A stretch of 56,162 nucleotides of DNA, counting the filler, from Sluysia triapertura (taxonomy: Eukaryota), in NCBI GenBank assembly GCA_046118255.1. It is 4 parts of 4 records of this genome, joined end to end, with 100 filler letters (N's around TTAATTAATTAA, not from the genome) between each part and the next. Parts side by side here need not be neighbours in the genome. Positions count along the whole stretch, not along the records: positions 1 to 20,498 come from JBJNIA010018853.1; positions 20,599 to 31,496 come from JBJNIA010191795.1; 2 more parts are not named here. One strand, written 5' to 3'. The notes under the pieces are model-generated. The model saw only the letters and a list, made by a program, of their open reading frames with translations. It was not told the DNA's origin and did no database searches. The position numbers were made by a program, and so were the translations under genes. Numbering within the stretch: position 1 is the stretch's first letter; the number at the start of each line of letters is the position of its first letter. Shown here piece by piece: positions 13,653-27,462 of this stretch.

Positions 13653-14449
13653 CCAAAAATGATTGTGAGTACAAATGTCGGTATAGAACCAGGTAGAATG
13701 ATTGATTATAAGAAATACTTGGATAATGCTCTTGCATTAAGTAACATCAAACCTAAATGTCTGATTTACAACAGGCCCGGTCATCGTAAAGTTGACTTAA
13801 CCAATGGCGTACTGGACTGGGATCATGAAATGCATAATGTAAACCCATCTCCTGCTGTTCCAGTAGATAGCAACGATCCACTTTATATCTTATATACATC
13901 AGGAACAACAGGTTAATATAACTAGATATATATAATAAATAATACTTTAATATAATAAATATTAAGAAATTTCTTACTTAAAATTGTTTAGTAGCTTTCG
14001 GGAGATAGTTAGAAATATTAATATCGATTAATTTATGTAACTTATTTTAATACATTTTTAAATCGTTTTGTTATATTTATGATAGTAGTATACAATTTTT
14101 TAATTTTTAGTTTTTTGTTTACTATATTTTATTGATTTGTTTAAATTACATGTTGATGCAATTTTGATATTGATTATCAAATGAAAAATATTCAAGTACA
14201 TTAAACATCATTCATAAACATTTTAAAAAATAAAATGTTTTATATTAATTACGATATGTAGGATCTCCAAAAGGTGTTGTGAGACCAACTGGAGGTTATG
14301 CTGTTGCTCTGAAATGGTCAATGGAATATCTATATGGATTAAAGTCTGGAGAAACTTGGTGGGCTGCCAGCGACCTTGGATGGGTTGTTGGACATTCATA
14401 TATATGCTATGCGCCTTTATTACATAGGTGCACTTCAATTGTATATGAG
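13653..14449 (+). CDS. ACSS3: acyl-CoA synthetase short-chain family member 3 (propionyl-CoA synthetase-like), two internal exons (13653-13911, 14262-14449)
   Basis: Spliced AMP-binding motif PLYILYTSGTTG|SPKGVVR, plus GIEPGR and WWAASDLGWVVGHSYICYAPL; canonical AG/GT boundaries in matching phase. Other exons not seen. Confidence 0.85.
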
Positions 14450-14672
14450 GTTAAAAAGAAATCATATTTAGATAAGAAATTAATAAAGATGTTCTTTAAT
14501 TTATATATTTTTCGTTTTGCTACAATTTTATTAATTCGATTATGAAACGTAATATATAATTAATTTCAAAATATGAATGACAACTAGCTTTTGTAATAAC
14601 ATTCCTATTTAAGAATAAATGACAATGGTAACAAATATTTTGTACCTAATTATTATTATTATTGTGAAATGA

Positions 14673-14750
14673 GAATAAAGCAAATGAAAATATCGTGAGT
14701 TCACCAACCTACTGGACTTACCAGCGAGGGCCAGCCGTTGGATTTTAACG
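14673..14750. repeat. dispersed structured repeat, copy 2
   Basis: Homologous to 12003-12080, same orientation. Confidence 0.7.
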
Positions 14751-17700
14751 TGAAGAAAAGATGCTTTAATAAAGTCTCAAAACTAGAAATCTGGAAGTAA
14801 TTTAATACTATTTTAATTTTTCCTATTAACTTAAAAATGATTTTGCATGAATCCTATAATAAGGATTCTTTAATTTTTAATTAAGAATTATCTTTAAATT
14901 ATATAAGTCAAGTCGTTTACTTCAGGAAAGTTTATTATACAAAATGTAATAATAAAAATACAAATTTTGCACAAATTACCAACGTAATTTTTTAATATCG
15001 ATATAAATTTTAAAAAAGGATTTTAATCTAAGATCATAAATATTAGATTAGTAAATTTTCCTGGATTATACACTGATATTAAATAATATCAACCTTAATA
15101 AAAAATAATCTAACGTTGACAGATAAAAAATCGTCTTCTCTAAAAAATGTGAACTAAATCTTCTTAAATTTCCAAAAAATGATTTGCCAAAATTTATTCA
15201 CCGAAGTTTAAGTTATTCATTTAAAATTTTATTGTTACCAAAACCGATTTACCAAAAATTTAAAATGTTGAGACTTCAATTTAAAATTTTTATTGTTCTC
15301 TTTTTTTGAAAATTGCGGTTCCTTATATAGTTTTTTAACTGTCAACCTTGACATAGTTTAAAATTTAGAAAAGTAAAACAAAATTTTAAAATATTAATTA
15401 AAAATGAAATATTACTTTAAAATTAAAATATAACTTACTATAAATTAATTAAATTTCATAAATATCTATCCAATTAATCAAAATTTAAAAAGGACAAAAT
15501 TTCAATAATTATAAAATCACTCATAAATTGATCATTGATTCAAATACATCAANNNNNNNNNNNNNNNNNNNNNNNNNNNNNNNNNNNNNNNNNNNNNNNN
15601 NNNNNNNNNNNNNNNNNNNNNNNNNNNNNNNNNNNNNNNNNNNNNNNNNNNNNNNNNNNNNNNNNNNNNNNNNNNNNNNNNNNNNNNNNAATAAGATTTT
15701 ATTACTAAATATTCATATTTAACGTTGCTCCTATTCGGAGAAAGCAGAAGAAATAAATCATAAAACTACCTTTCAGAGACAATCAATATTATTTATTTCA
15801 ATATATGCGATCTTGTTTTAAAGTTGTTTTATTTTCATTAAACATTCATAGCTAGATATTCCTTTAATAAGTTGTTATTAAGTTATTAAATGGTAACAAT
15901 TTTTTATTAAAATTCTACAAATTTAATATATTCATTAATTATACAAGTGTGATGCTTTTGCAAAGAATATTCTAAAGTAAATAAAACATAATTCCAAATA
16001 AGAACGTTAAGAATGTGTTTAATTTTAGAATACTATTGAAATGTGCAAGTATGTAATGCTAGGGTTTACGACGTATCCGTAGGCTTTATAAAAAAATTTA
16101 AAAGTGATGGTCTACGTTACCCTTACTTTTCTTTCTTAGTTTAATTTCTATAACTCATTCCTCATGTCTCTTAAATCCTCTTATAAATACTTTATAAATT
16201 TACTTTATTCTTAGATAATTAACACATTATGAGCGGGGCGGGTATTAGTACCCGTTTTATGTACTGTCACTTAAGAATACCTGCTCCTTTTATAGCTGAA
16301 CTTAGAAAACAAATTACAGCTCTTTTACATTAAGGATTATAGACTATAACAATCTAGATGAATTTTTATAATTTTTACTTCAATTTAATTATTATACGAC
16401 AGTTTAAATGTTTAATATTTATAATTACCTTTTAATTACAACTCGTTTCTTTTAATTCAATTACTTTCAATTATCATTAGGTAATTTTTTGCAATCTTTT
16501 CTTTTCAAAATGAATATACAAATTATATTTTCAATAGTAATATATCCAAAATTATAATAAAACAATAGATTTTCACTAGAAATATTTTTTCTAGAATAGT
16601 TTTTAAAGATTTTAAACAATATGTTTTATCTAGCTAAAACTTTATAATAAATTAGTGATTTTTAGTGTATTTTATGTCTCCGTAACAGAGACAGATTCTA
16701 ATACAAATTGCAAAGCCAATAATTTCTTCAATCAATATTTTTCAAATGTGGAAAATGCTAGTAAAATTAATGTGGTGGCCAACCCAATATTTTAAATTTT
16801 TATTTCAATAACACACAATAAAATCACTAGTCAAAATATTTTGTAACTCCTAATACTCCTAAACATAAAATTACATAACATCAAATTCACATTCAATATC
16901 GAAAATCATCAAAGATTTACTTTAAAACTTAATTCATAACAGTAAAAACTTAATTCAACACATTTCACATAAAATCACATTCCATGACATTTCAACAAGT
17001 CTAACATCTAAACTTTTCCTTATTTTATTTTCTCTACTTCCACTAAACCTTGTTCTAATCTTTTCAAAACATTCCTATTTTATAACCTAATAATATTAAA
17101 ATTACAGTTACTATCAGATTAATAATAGACATTTAAAAAATTCATTTAAAACATTTTACTCACTGCTCCATAAACAGCATAACAATAATCACATCTGTTA
17201 ACATCTTACAACTACCTCGTAGAATCAATCAAAACCGTTGATATATTTCATTTCAACTAAAATTAGTCTCCTTTCAAAATGTCAACAGCAAATATACTAT
17301 TCAAAACCATTCATGCACGTTAGATTTTACAAAACATTTTATTCATGTATATTTAAACTTAAGAATTTTAAATATGTCAAGAAAAAAGTTTCAATAACAG
17401 AAAGATCATGTTTATTATACTGAAAAGAATTTATGTTTTTACTTTATTGTATTATTATTTTTTAAAAAAGAAGTTAACTATCTCATCATTATCATATAAC
17501 TATTATTATTGTAGTGACCATTTTTATTGTCATTTTATTTACAGTCATTGTTATTGCTTTCCTTACTATTAAATTTGGCTACCTACCACTGCAATCTGTA
17601 ATCATTTGACGGATTTATTAATTTAATTTTTCTATATGTGATTTGGTGTAATTGTATTGATGACGTGTGCTGGTCACATTGTTTAGTTGTTACATACTGT

Positions 17701-18000
17701 ATCAAATCTCTTCTAATTGGACATCCAATCATGGATAGATTTATTTTCGTTGCTTATCAATTACTTATTGATGTACAGATTGGCCAATCCCTGCTAATCA
17801 TCATAGTGATCGCGATTTTACAGATAGCTTTTTGATTACACTGAAACGGAACAAATCGTTTTATTAAAAAACTTAATTTATGTTAAAAAATCGAGAATAT
17901 AAAAGATTTCATTTACAAAAAGATAATCAGAAAACAAATTGAGAATTTTCACTGTTAAAAATTTAAAAGACTGATAAAAGTGTAATACACTATTTCAACA

Positions 18001-19227
18001 ATGACAACACTCGTAACTAAAATATCTGAACTCTTAGATAATATTTCTAAATTAAAATGGTCAACACCAGCTCAAATTCAACAACATGCTATACCATTAT
18101 TACTGAAACATAAAGATGTTATTGGCTTACCTGAAACCGGCAGTGGAAAATCTGGTTCCTACTGTATTCCAGTTATTCAACAATGTTTAGATAACGGTCA
18201 ACCATTAATATTTGATTCCCGCAGTTGAATCAAGAGTATGGTGAATTAATAAAAATGAGTGAAGGATTAAATCTGAAAATAATGCGTTTAACTGGAGATA
18301 TAGATATGACTGATCAATTAACAGACTTAGTATTTCTGGTGTTCACATTATAGTAGCAACTTATAGTGTAATTTTAATGATGATTGATCACACTAATCAA
18401 AATAAAAAAACGTTTTATTCTTTTCAACATTTTGTAATTGACGGGGCAGATAAAATGATCAGTTATCAATTAGATGAAGACATTTAGAAAGTTTTACGAA
18501 TTATATCACCCAAATCAAGCAATAAAATCAAGAAAAAAAATAAAAATATTTTCAGACAAACACAAATTTATTCAGCAACATGTTATGGTGAAGTGGAAAA
18601 GAAGTACGGATTTTTGTTACATGATCCACAATTTGTTAATGTCGCATCAGTAAATAATTTTCCAACACAGTTGAAACATTATGATTGTGTTATACCAAAT
18701 GATGATAGAGAAAAAGATAATTTTAGAGTAATATGCGAAACATTAATGTATTGCACTGATAATACCTACCTATCTAAAGTTTTAGTCTTTGTTAAAGATT
18801 ATCCGGATACTTGGTATTATGAATCCATTATAAATAAAATGAATATTAATGTCATTTCAGCAGTGTGTTCGAATTCCAGAACGCTTCCCCAAAAACGAGA
18901 AGAAAATATGAATATTTTCAAATCGAGTGATGCACATGTTATGTTTGCTACTGAATTTGACAGTGTAGGATTAGACGTTGAAGATATTGATTTGTTTGTC
19001 AATCTGAATGATCCAGAAAATGTTAATGCTTAACGTCACAGAGTTTATCGATTTCCTGAAAGTGAAAAGTATTTCGTTGCGATGGGAAAGAAATTTTTTT
19101 CACTTACTGTAAAAGACATTGATTTGTTAATCATTATTAATAATCTCAATAATCTACGATCTAAAAAATCCAAACAAGAATTCCAAACCCGGACATCAGA
19201 AATCATTCTCTGTTTTAAATCTCAATA
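18001..19227 (+). pseudogene. intronless decayed DEAD-box helicase, DDX47/RRP3-like
   Basis: Q motif and motif I (LKWSTPAQIQQHAIP...DVIGLPETGSGKS); DEAD changed to DGAD near 18440; QIYSAT motif III; VMFATEFDSVGLDV motif V; TAA at 19031 just before RHRVYR (motif VI); several frameshifts and stops. Confidence 0.8.
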
Positions 19228-20498
19228 AACATTATAAGACAGTGTTATGTCCGTATATGATTACTCAATCTGGTAAATGTCAATGATACACTACAAAATT
19301 TAATTACTTTCATTCCGTTAGTGAGCTTGATCATCGTGACAGAATAAATGACTTATTGGCAACTCTAGATACGTCTTCTCCAATACAGTATCAATCTACA
19401 AAAGAACTCAAAGCGTCCACCAACAATTCCACAAATATACAATTAGACGAAGTTTTACCTGATAACATAAAAATAATTTTTAAATATCACTTTATTGATC
19501 TTAAATTAACCTCTTTATTTTATTTATTTCGTAAAAATTGTGTTTTATCCAAGTGGCGTATTCGGAAATCAATCAATGTCAAACTTATAGTTTTTAGTTT
19601 TATTAATATAAATAAATCATTTTTCGTTGTTTTTTTTGAATAAATTGAAAACATTGTATTTATTGAAGATAAATATAGACTTAATTTTTTATTTTGTAAG
19701 ATAAAGGTAAATTTTAATAAAGTAGATAAATTTTTAATAGTTTTTATTGTGATTAATAAGATAATCAACTTCAAACCATCACAGTTAACAATTAACAATA
19801 TTGTACTCTTTAATTAATCAAACTAAACGATGATAGTGAAATTAATCTTCAAAAGTAATACTGAATTCTTAGTCACTCAGAACTAGAAAATTCTTTGACG
19901 ATGTATATAAAAATCTTTTAAAAGAATATAATTTTAAAACTTTTAATCAGTTTTTCTTGTTATCGATGGAAGCATCGATAACATTCCATCGATTTTCATT
20001 GGCTGATGAATAGTATATAAACTAGCATCAGTTTAATGAAAATCGCCATTTTAATTAGTTTAACAAAATTCAGCGTCGTTTGCAAATAGTCAGTGTACAT
20101 CACCGCCATTTTGAATTTATTAGTCAATTCATTCAGTATTCTATCAGATCAGTTTCAAGCCGAATTGGAGTTTTTAATCGATTTCCATGCAAGGAGATTT
20201 TGACTTTCATATAAGTCAAAATCATAAAATACAGGCAAAATCAAATTTAAACATTATTATTGTAAAGATCCCGATATATTGATGGAGAATCATCTACTTA
20301 ACTTTAAATAGAAAACAAAGCAAATATTCCAAGAAAGGATTTTGATTTTGAAATCTAAGTTTTGTTTTTGATTTCTACTGTTTTTATTGTGCAACATCTT
20401 AAAATTTTGTTAATTTTTTATTGTTATAATTTTCTTAAATGAAATATTTTATAACAATTATAAAATTTAAACGGGTTCGTCTGTAGTCTACGATTTAG

Positions 20499-20598
20499 NN
20501 NNNNNNNNNNNNNNNNNNNNNNNNNNNNNNNNNNNNNNNNNNTTAATTAATTAANNNNNNNNNNNNNNNNNNNNNNNNNNNNNNNNNNNNNNNNNNNN
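20499..20598. other. artificial contig spacer N44-TTAATTAATTAA-N44
   Basis: Identical 100-nt construct at three places; the 12-mer has stop codons in all six frames. Confidence 0.9.

Positions 20599-20661
<63 letters not shown>
20599..20661. repeat. (AAT)n microsatellite
   Basis: Perfect AAT run at the contig end. Confidence 0.95.
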
Positions 20662-21387
20662 GATATTCATTGCCTACTATGTTTTATTAAATACTATTTC
20701 AATTTTAATTTAATTTTTTACTTTAAAAATATTTTATTATATTAACTCTCTTAAATCTTATTTGAAAATGATTTTAATTTTACTTTAAAACGATTTTCTT
20801 TTAAATGGAATTTACAATCTTTTATTAAATATTATGTTAAATTATGTATTAAATATATGTTAATTATTATGTTACATATTAAAATTTTTTAATGAATTTT
20901 TGAACAAATTGTAAAAATCTGGGCTTTTATTTTTGGTTAAATATAGATCTATTTCTTGAAAGAACGATTTGTAGTAATTTATTACAGTATTCTGGTTGGA
21001 TACTGTATTACATATAGTTAACCCAACAATAAATTAGTATTAGGGATGGATCTATGCCATGCCTGGTCTTAACAATTCAGTACAATCCTTTCCACCTGAT
21101 GCTAAGCCAATCTATTCAATGCATTAAATATAAAATGCACAATATTTCCGTTTGTTTAAAGCAAGTGTTAAACTCTTATTCAAATTCATTTCTTAATATT
21201 GTTTGGTATTTTATTGATACTGCAAATTGCATATTTAAAATAATATTGCTAACAAATATTTCATAATAATTTTATTATATTTTGTTATTATTATATTATA
21301 TTTTGTTATCATTTTGTATAAATTGTTGTATTTACTGTAAAATTTGCATTATTATAAAAATATTAATTTAGGCTCAAGTTATTTTAA

Positions 21388-21553
21388 CATGTTCGCTACT
21401 AGCGTCATATATGTGCGACACGTCAGTATTATTTATTAACAATAGTACAACACCTTATCGAAAACTGATAAGGTAGACACGCCACACATTTGCGACGCTG
21501 GGCTCAAAAGAAAAAACTGATAGGTTGCATGTATGTGACGCTGCTAGCGCATG
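21388..21553. mobile_element. MITE with imperfect ~30-bp TIRs, possibly piggyBac-type
   Basis: TTAA-CATGTTCGCTACTAGCGTCATATATGTGCGAC versus reverse complement of the right end, CATGCGCTAGCAGCGTCACATACATGCAAC; an internal third copy of the motif lies near 21490. Confidence 0.55.
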
Positions 21554-22902
21554 TATTATTATTTAAAATATGGATATTCATGAAAAGTTTTTTGGTGTGA
21601 CTTAAGGTTAAAATCATGAAAGAAAGTTTTGTTCATATGTCAAACAAAGAACTAATTTCAGTAACCTTAATTCGAATTAATATTTGAAGTTTCATGAACT
21701 TCAAGAATGTCAGCTTTCAATTCTATGAGATCTTTTTTATCAATCAACTTGATACATAATTCACCTTCTATTAACTTTATAATAGTATAGTTTAACTTAG
21801 AGTTGGTTAAGATTTATTACAGTCTCGAAGCCGAAAAGAGAAAATTGTAAAGAATTTAATTTCTTACTGGTTGCATTTAATATTTGTCCCTTTATTAATA
21901 AAATGTGCAGAGACATACTTTTGGTATTAATGGGGGCACAATCTTTCCCAATAACTAAATCAAAATAACAAATGTGATGAATTATAATACAATGACAAAA
22001 AATAACATGATAAAAATATAAAATTAAATGCTTACTCCCAAAAAGTATCTAGCATTAAAAATATCCAATCACTTAACATTAAATAATATGATTCGCTGAT
22101 GACATATAACCAAATAGTTTAACTACTTAACATCCTTTAATATTTTATCAAGGCAACTTAACTTGAACTTGACGGGTACTTGATGTTTTGCAAATGTTTG
22201 TTGATGCATTTGGACGAGTAATACTATCAAGTAATTGTAGATCAAAAGCCATCATTAATACTAGAATGTGATTTTCATTCAGCAACACGTTCTTTACGCA
22301 CTTGTAAAACATTACTGACAAATTTTCTTTGCCCAGTATTTTTGACAAACCTAACTTTAATTTATCTAATATTGCGATTTTTGTATAGATTTACGGTCAA
22401 GATTACGCGAAATTGTGTGACACGTTTATAATGTAAATGATCATTTTTCATACTGTTTGAATATTTTACATATCATCTAGATGTGCAAACACACGACCAA
22501 CACTAAATAAACATAAGCCTTTAATAAAATCATCACTTTTTATTTCTTGACATAATGTTTGTACTTATTCGAGCCAGTAGCCTAAATATTGAATGAGACT
22601 GATACTTCATCTTTAATTGTACTATTAATGTGAATATTACATTTAGCATGATTAATACACCACGTCATTACTTATACAACACACATCTGTAAAGCGTTTA
22701 TTTAGGTAACAATTCAACATATCCATTATTATGTTATTTATATGAACAATGAATCATTTTATTATTCTTTTCTATAAGATTAACTCTTGTAAACAAAATT
22801 CTGTTTTAAATTGTGAATTATAAAATTTGACAAAATTTTTATTAGGTTTTTTGTAATTATTATAATTTTTCCAACTATAATAAATAATGATTTTTACTTT
22901 AA

Positions 22903-23110
22903 CCCATTAGCAACCATGGTTATCAAATGACGACTTTACGGTTTATATTTTTTATATATTGCAATATATTTTTAATATTTTACGCATTGGTATGTGTTGC
23001 GTAACAAAAATGTTTTATAAGATATGAGCTTGTATGTAAGGTGATATACCAAGATAACTAAATGCATGTCATGATTTTTAAATTTTGAAAAAAATTTGGT
23101 CCTTAATGGG
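22903..23110. mobile_element. piggyBac-type MITE (~208 bp)
   Basis: TTAA|CCCATTAGCAACCA ... TGGTCCTTAATGGG|TTAA: TTAA TSD with CCC/GGG termini. Confidence 0.75.
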
Positions 23111-23196
23111 TTAATAAAATCAATTTCAATAATATTTAATTTTAATTTTGACACAAGCGGCTAGATGGCCTTGTTTTAGGAAATTTAATTTTCAGC

Positions 23197-23230
<34 letters not shown>

Positions 23231-23653
23231 ATACAGTTACTGTTATAAAAAGCTTTTGGAGTTTTGACCCATTAAGCTGCCTTTTTTGACTGTGCTAAAA
23301 TTCAGTTTCAATTTTGATTTCTTGGAAATTGTTTTTAATTCTTACGATATAATTAATTTATGTTTAGATTAACATCTCATTTTATTTTTAAATTTGCATC
23401 AGTTTTACGGGTACTTTATGCATATGTAGAAGTTCCACTTTACAAATGCAAACATTGAGGTCGGATATTGTTTTGAAAAAGTGTGACCATATATTGCCTT
23501 AATATAGATCTACTCGACGCCCGAATAAATTTATTTTGCAGCGTTTTTATTTTAACGTTTTTGTTTATTAATATTTATTATTTAATATTAATATTTAATT
23601 TTATATTGTGTTCCCATGTTTCATCTTTACAAATATATAATTATGTTGTTTAG

Positions 23654-25629
23654 GCGTCGAATACTAGATGAACGTGGTTTATCTCAAATAGAACATTACA
23701 TGTTTGAGGATCATCCAGAGTTGAGAAGAGCAGCTGTTCAGTGCATTTGTAATTTAGTACTTAGTGAACAAGTCCGAAACAAATATCTTGATGGTAACAC
23801 GGATCATGTGAAGGCGTTGTTATTGTATTGTCTCGATTTGGAAGATCCAGAATTGATAATTGCAGCCAGTGGAGCTTTGGCAATATTATCTGAAAACCCA
23901 AAAAAATTAATGAATAAAATAACAAATGTTTGTGTTCTTTTTGTGCGCATTATTAATAAATTTAGAAAAATCAAAATATCTGTTTCACATTTAACCTTTA
24001 TAATTTTTTAATGTAAAAAGCAATTTCTTTTCAATAACTATACGTGAAAATCAAATTTCTATAAAATAAGAGATTAACATTAAATAAATTACTTTTATTT
24101 GAACTTTGAAATTGTCAATGTAGTTGTTGTTTTCGATACTTAATTTTAATACTGTACATAAGAAAGTAAAGGTATTACACGCTCTATTATTCTTTTAAAT
24201 TCGTTAGTTTTCATTTGTTTCAGAAAGTAATAGGTGGTTCTGACTCTTACTCCTGATGAGTATATATTGTTTACATGTAATATTTAAGCACAATGATATT
24301 TTGCGCTTTTGAGAAAAATTCACTCTACTCAATTATAAATTACAAGAACATTGAAAAGACACCATTTCATCTTTGGACTTAATACAGGTCTATAGTTTTT
24401 GTGTGTTTCGATTAATTTTAATGACTTTGAAGCACAGTTAATTATAAGTATAAACTGTTTAATTTATTTCTTATATATATACTGAGACTAATATTCGTAT
24501 ACCATACACTTGTCCACATATGTTTGCATAATAGTATTTATTTTTTTTAATATATAATTTAACAAAAATTTTATTCTGATTATTTTTGGCTAATTTCACT
24601 CTAATATTTTGCCGCATTGTTCATATATAATCTATATCAGATAAATTTTAAGTTATTTAAAATTCCATCATTATTTTTGGAGCTGTTTTCAACCTTCAGG
24701 TTGTTTTAAATTTCCTTTTAATAATAAGCTCAGTAACCTTGGGAATTACCGTGACTACAAAAGGTTTCATTCAGATTTTAGGTTACATGATGGCAAAGAA
24801 AATTTCACTCACAATTTAAAGAAACTCTATCGTGAAGACTGATAACGCAATTGAAATGAATAAAAGTCCCTGTGACATTAAAAACTTGAACAAATTACTT
24901 ATCAGTAGAGTAAAATAAGTTTTAAATTTCTGTCGTCGAATTCTAATTTTTCAATTGTAAATTTTGCAAACTGACCAACTGGGAAAAATAATCATGATTG
25001 ATGAAGTTTATGTTCATCAAATTTTTTTGTTACTAGGCTTTTTTGAAATCCAGTTTCAAATGACATTTACCGACAAATGCTAGAGTGTTATTCGAAATGT
25101 AGTAAAATGCATAAAAAAGCTCATAATAGATCTCTCACCTTTTTATGTAGCCAGACATGAAAACTGTCTAAAATGTATCATTGTTGCAGCAACACTGAGT
25201 TTTAAAATGTCACCACAAAAAAGAAAAATTTGACATTACTCTGGCTGATTTTATTTATTTTAAAATATCCAATGAAAACATTTACATTTTATAGTTTAAA
25301 TATTATGGTTATATTTGTATTTCTAATAGGCAAATAATTGGTTTGAAATACTACAAACAATAATAGCTTCAGAGAACCAACAAATACGACAGCGTGGAGT
25401 ATACGTCATAAGAAATTTAATAATGGATGGCACGGAAGAATTTTGTCGATTCGTTGTCAATAGTAATATGTTAGAAATATTGATGGCAATTGAGAAGGAA
25501 AACCAACAATTAGACAAATCTACAATTGATACAATTAGTGAAAATATTAGCATCTGGTTAAAAAATTGCTTGAAACGTTTAGTTAAATTGCAATTAATTA
25601 TGCCGATACCTGGAATAGATCAAGAATAG
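23654..25629 (+). CDS. UNC45: UNC-45 myosin chaperone, last two exons (23654-23927, 25330-25629)
   Basis: IEHYMFEDHPELRRAAVQCICNL, AASGALAIL and WFEILQ...QRGVYVIRNL match the UCS-domain C-terminus; the splice is in phase; stop at 25627-25629. Confidence 0.85.
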
Positions 25630-25917
25630 ATGGTACCGAGCAAATACCTCAATATTTTTGCATTTTTACTTGTTAATAAGTGCCAAGTCTAAAACTATTT
25701 AAACATTGATCGGTTATTTTGTATTAAAATAATCTTGAACTGTACTTATTAAACGACATTAGCTTATTCACATTATTAAATTCAACTATAAACCATGTAT
25801 TTATAATTTATAGCATGTTTTTTATGCTTAACCCCGTTATCTTTCAAATGTATCGCACGTTATTTTATAATAAATTTTTGTTTTTTATTAATGAAACTTA
25901 AAACTCAAAAGAATTTA

Positions 25918-26739
25918 TTAGTTTTTCGATTTTTTAGCTTTTGACTTCACTGATTCTTCATTCAGTTTTCTTTTAAGGTTTCTTTTTTTACCATTTGAAT
26001 TAGATTTCCCATTCTAAACAGTAAAAACATTAATACAAAAGTAATACTTCAAGATTTTTAATTTTATCTACTGAACTACTAGTTTCTACTAGTTGCAGTT
26101 TACTTTCGTTTTCAATTAATTTCATTTCTGATTCGATTGATTTAGCATATTTCTAAATTCGTAAATTACAAAATAATTAAATTAAACTTGAGATCCTTTC
26201 TTAAGTGCAAAATTTAACTCAACTTTTACTCCATTTAATTTAATTCTATTTTCTAAAAATGATTTCTTCGCTTCCTTTTCGCTGTGAAACAATAGATAAA
26301 AGTATCCTTTGGATGACTTATCGGAATTTTTAGGAAATTTTAATTTTGCATTTGAAAATAAATTCAATATGTGTATTTCTTTAGTATCAGGATGAAGTCC
26401 AGAATAATAAAGAGTACATAGATCAAATGCTTTAAGATCTGTGTAACTGGGTGTTTTTTTTACTGGAGAAATTTGGATGTTTTTACCGCATAACTTCATG
26501 TTATTAAGCTTTTCGATATTCTTGTTAAGTGACATTTCATCTTTAAACTGTACAAATGCGTAATCACAATTCTTCTTGGGGATCCGGCAAATGTGCATAT
26601 CAGGTATTAATTCTCTAATTGTTTGTTCGGTTATTCCTTTAGGTAATCTTTTTATAATTACAGTATTTTCATTTATTAACTTTAATCGACGATTAATTTC
26701 ATCAAGTAATTCACCCTCTGAAACATTATTAACATCCAT
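25918..26739 (-). CDS. two-RRM RNA-binding protein with Lys-rich tail (nucleolin-like); exons 26739-26188, 26152-26048, 26013-25918
   Basis: RNP1-like DYAFVQF and KGYFYLLF, RNP2-like VIIKRL and LYYSGL. Introns of 35 and 34 nt (GT-AG) keep the frame open to TAA. Confidence 0.8.
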
Positions 26740-27165
26740 TGGTAAAATTTTAATTATAAATATTTAAACAAGTAATTAAATAAAACGTGATAGTTAAAAT
26801 TATTATACCAAATTTTATATTAAAATTATAGTACTGTTAGATTTTCAGGCTCATATTTTTGTTTGTTAATTAATTTTGTCTTTAAATACAATTTACTTCA
26901 CTAGTGTATATTTGATTACTTAAGTTGTATTTAATAATTATATTTCAATTTTTTAAGAAACTTTTAAATATTAAATAAATAAATAAATATTATCAAAATT
27001 TCCATATTCAGAAAGTTAATATTTTGATAATAAGTTGATATTTTCAGTAATTCATTAAGTTTTGATAAAAATTAATTTACCGCAAAATACATTCATTTTT
27101 ATGATGTGTAACATATTAAAACTAAATAATATATTTAATAATTATTTCATATTAATAAATCAATT

Positions 27166-27462
27166 ATGTCAAAAAATCATGAAGTAAAGAATTTAAAAAT
27201 AGAAAACACATCAAAATCGAAAAAATTTGATTATTCTAATAATGAACCGAAAAGTTATAAGAGTTGTAATAATGAATATACTCCATTTATTCTTTATGAT
27301 TATATCTTTAGACCAAATAATATGGATAACTCTTCAGTTTCTAATTTTTCCATTTATAATTCAAAAAGTGATGAATATGAGCCAAGTAAACTACCTGAAC
27401 TTGAATATTTAAATGAAAATGAAAGTGGCGAATATCAACAATGTCAATCAACTAAACCATAA
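27166..27462 (+). CDS. hypothetical 98-aa polar protein
   Basis: ATG-initiated open frame divergent from the RRM gene; no recognisable motif. Confidence 0.3.
   Translation: MSKNHEVKNLKIENTSKSKKFDYSNNEPKSYKSCNNEYTPFILYDYIFRPNNMDNSSVSNFSIYNSKSDEYEPSKLPELEYLNENESGEYQQCQSTKP

Noticed and set aside
16850-17450. Possible LINE endonuclease/linker remnant on the minus strand
   Set aside because: Only compositional resemblance; no firm motif.
24980-25020. LGKIIMIDEVY resembling the Merlin VEIDES motif
   Set aside because: Single short motif without support.
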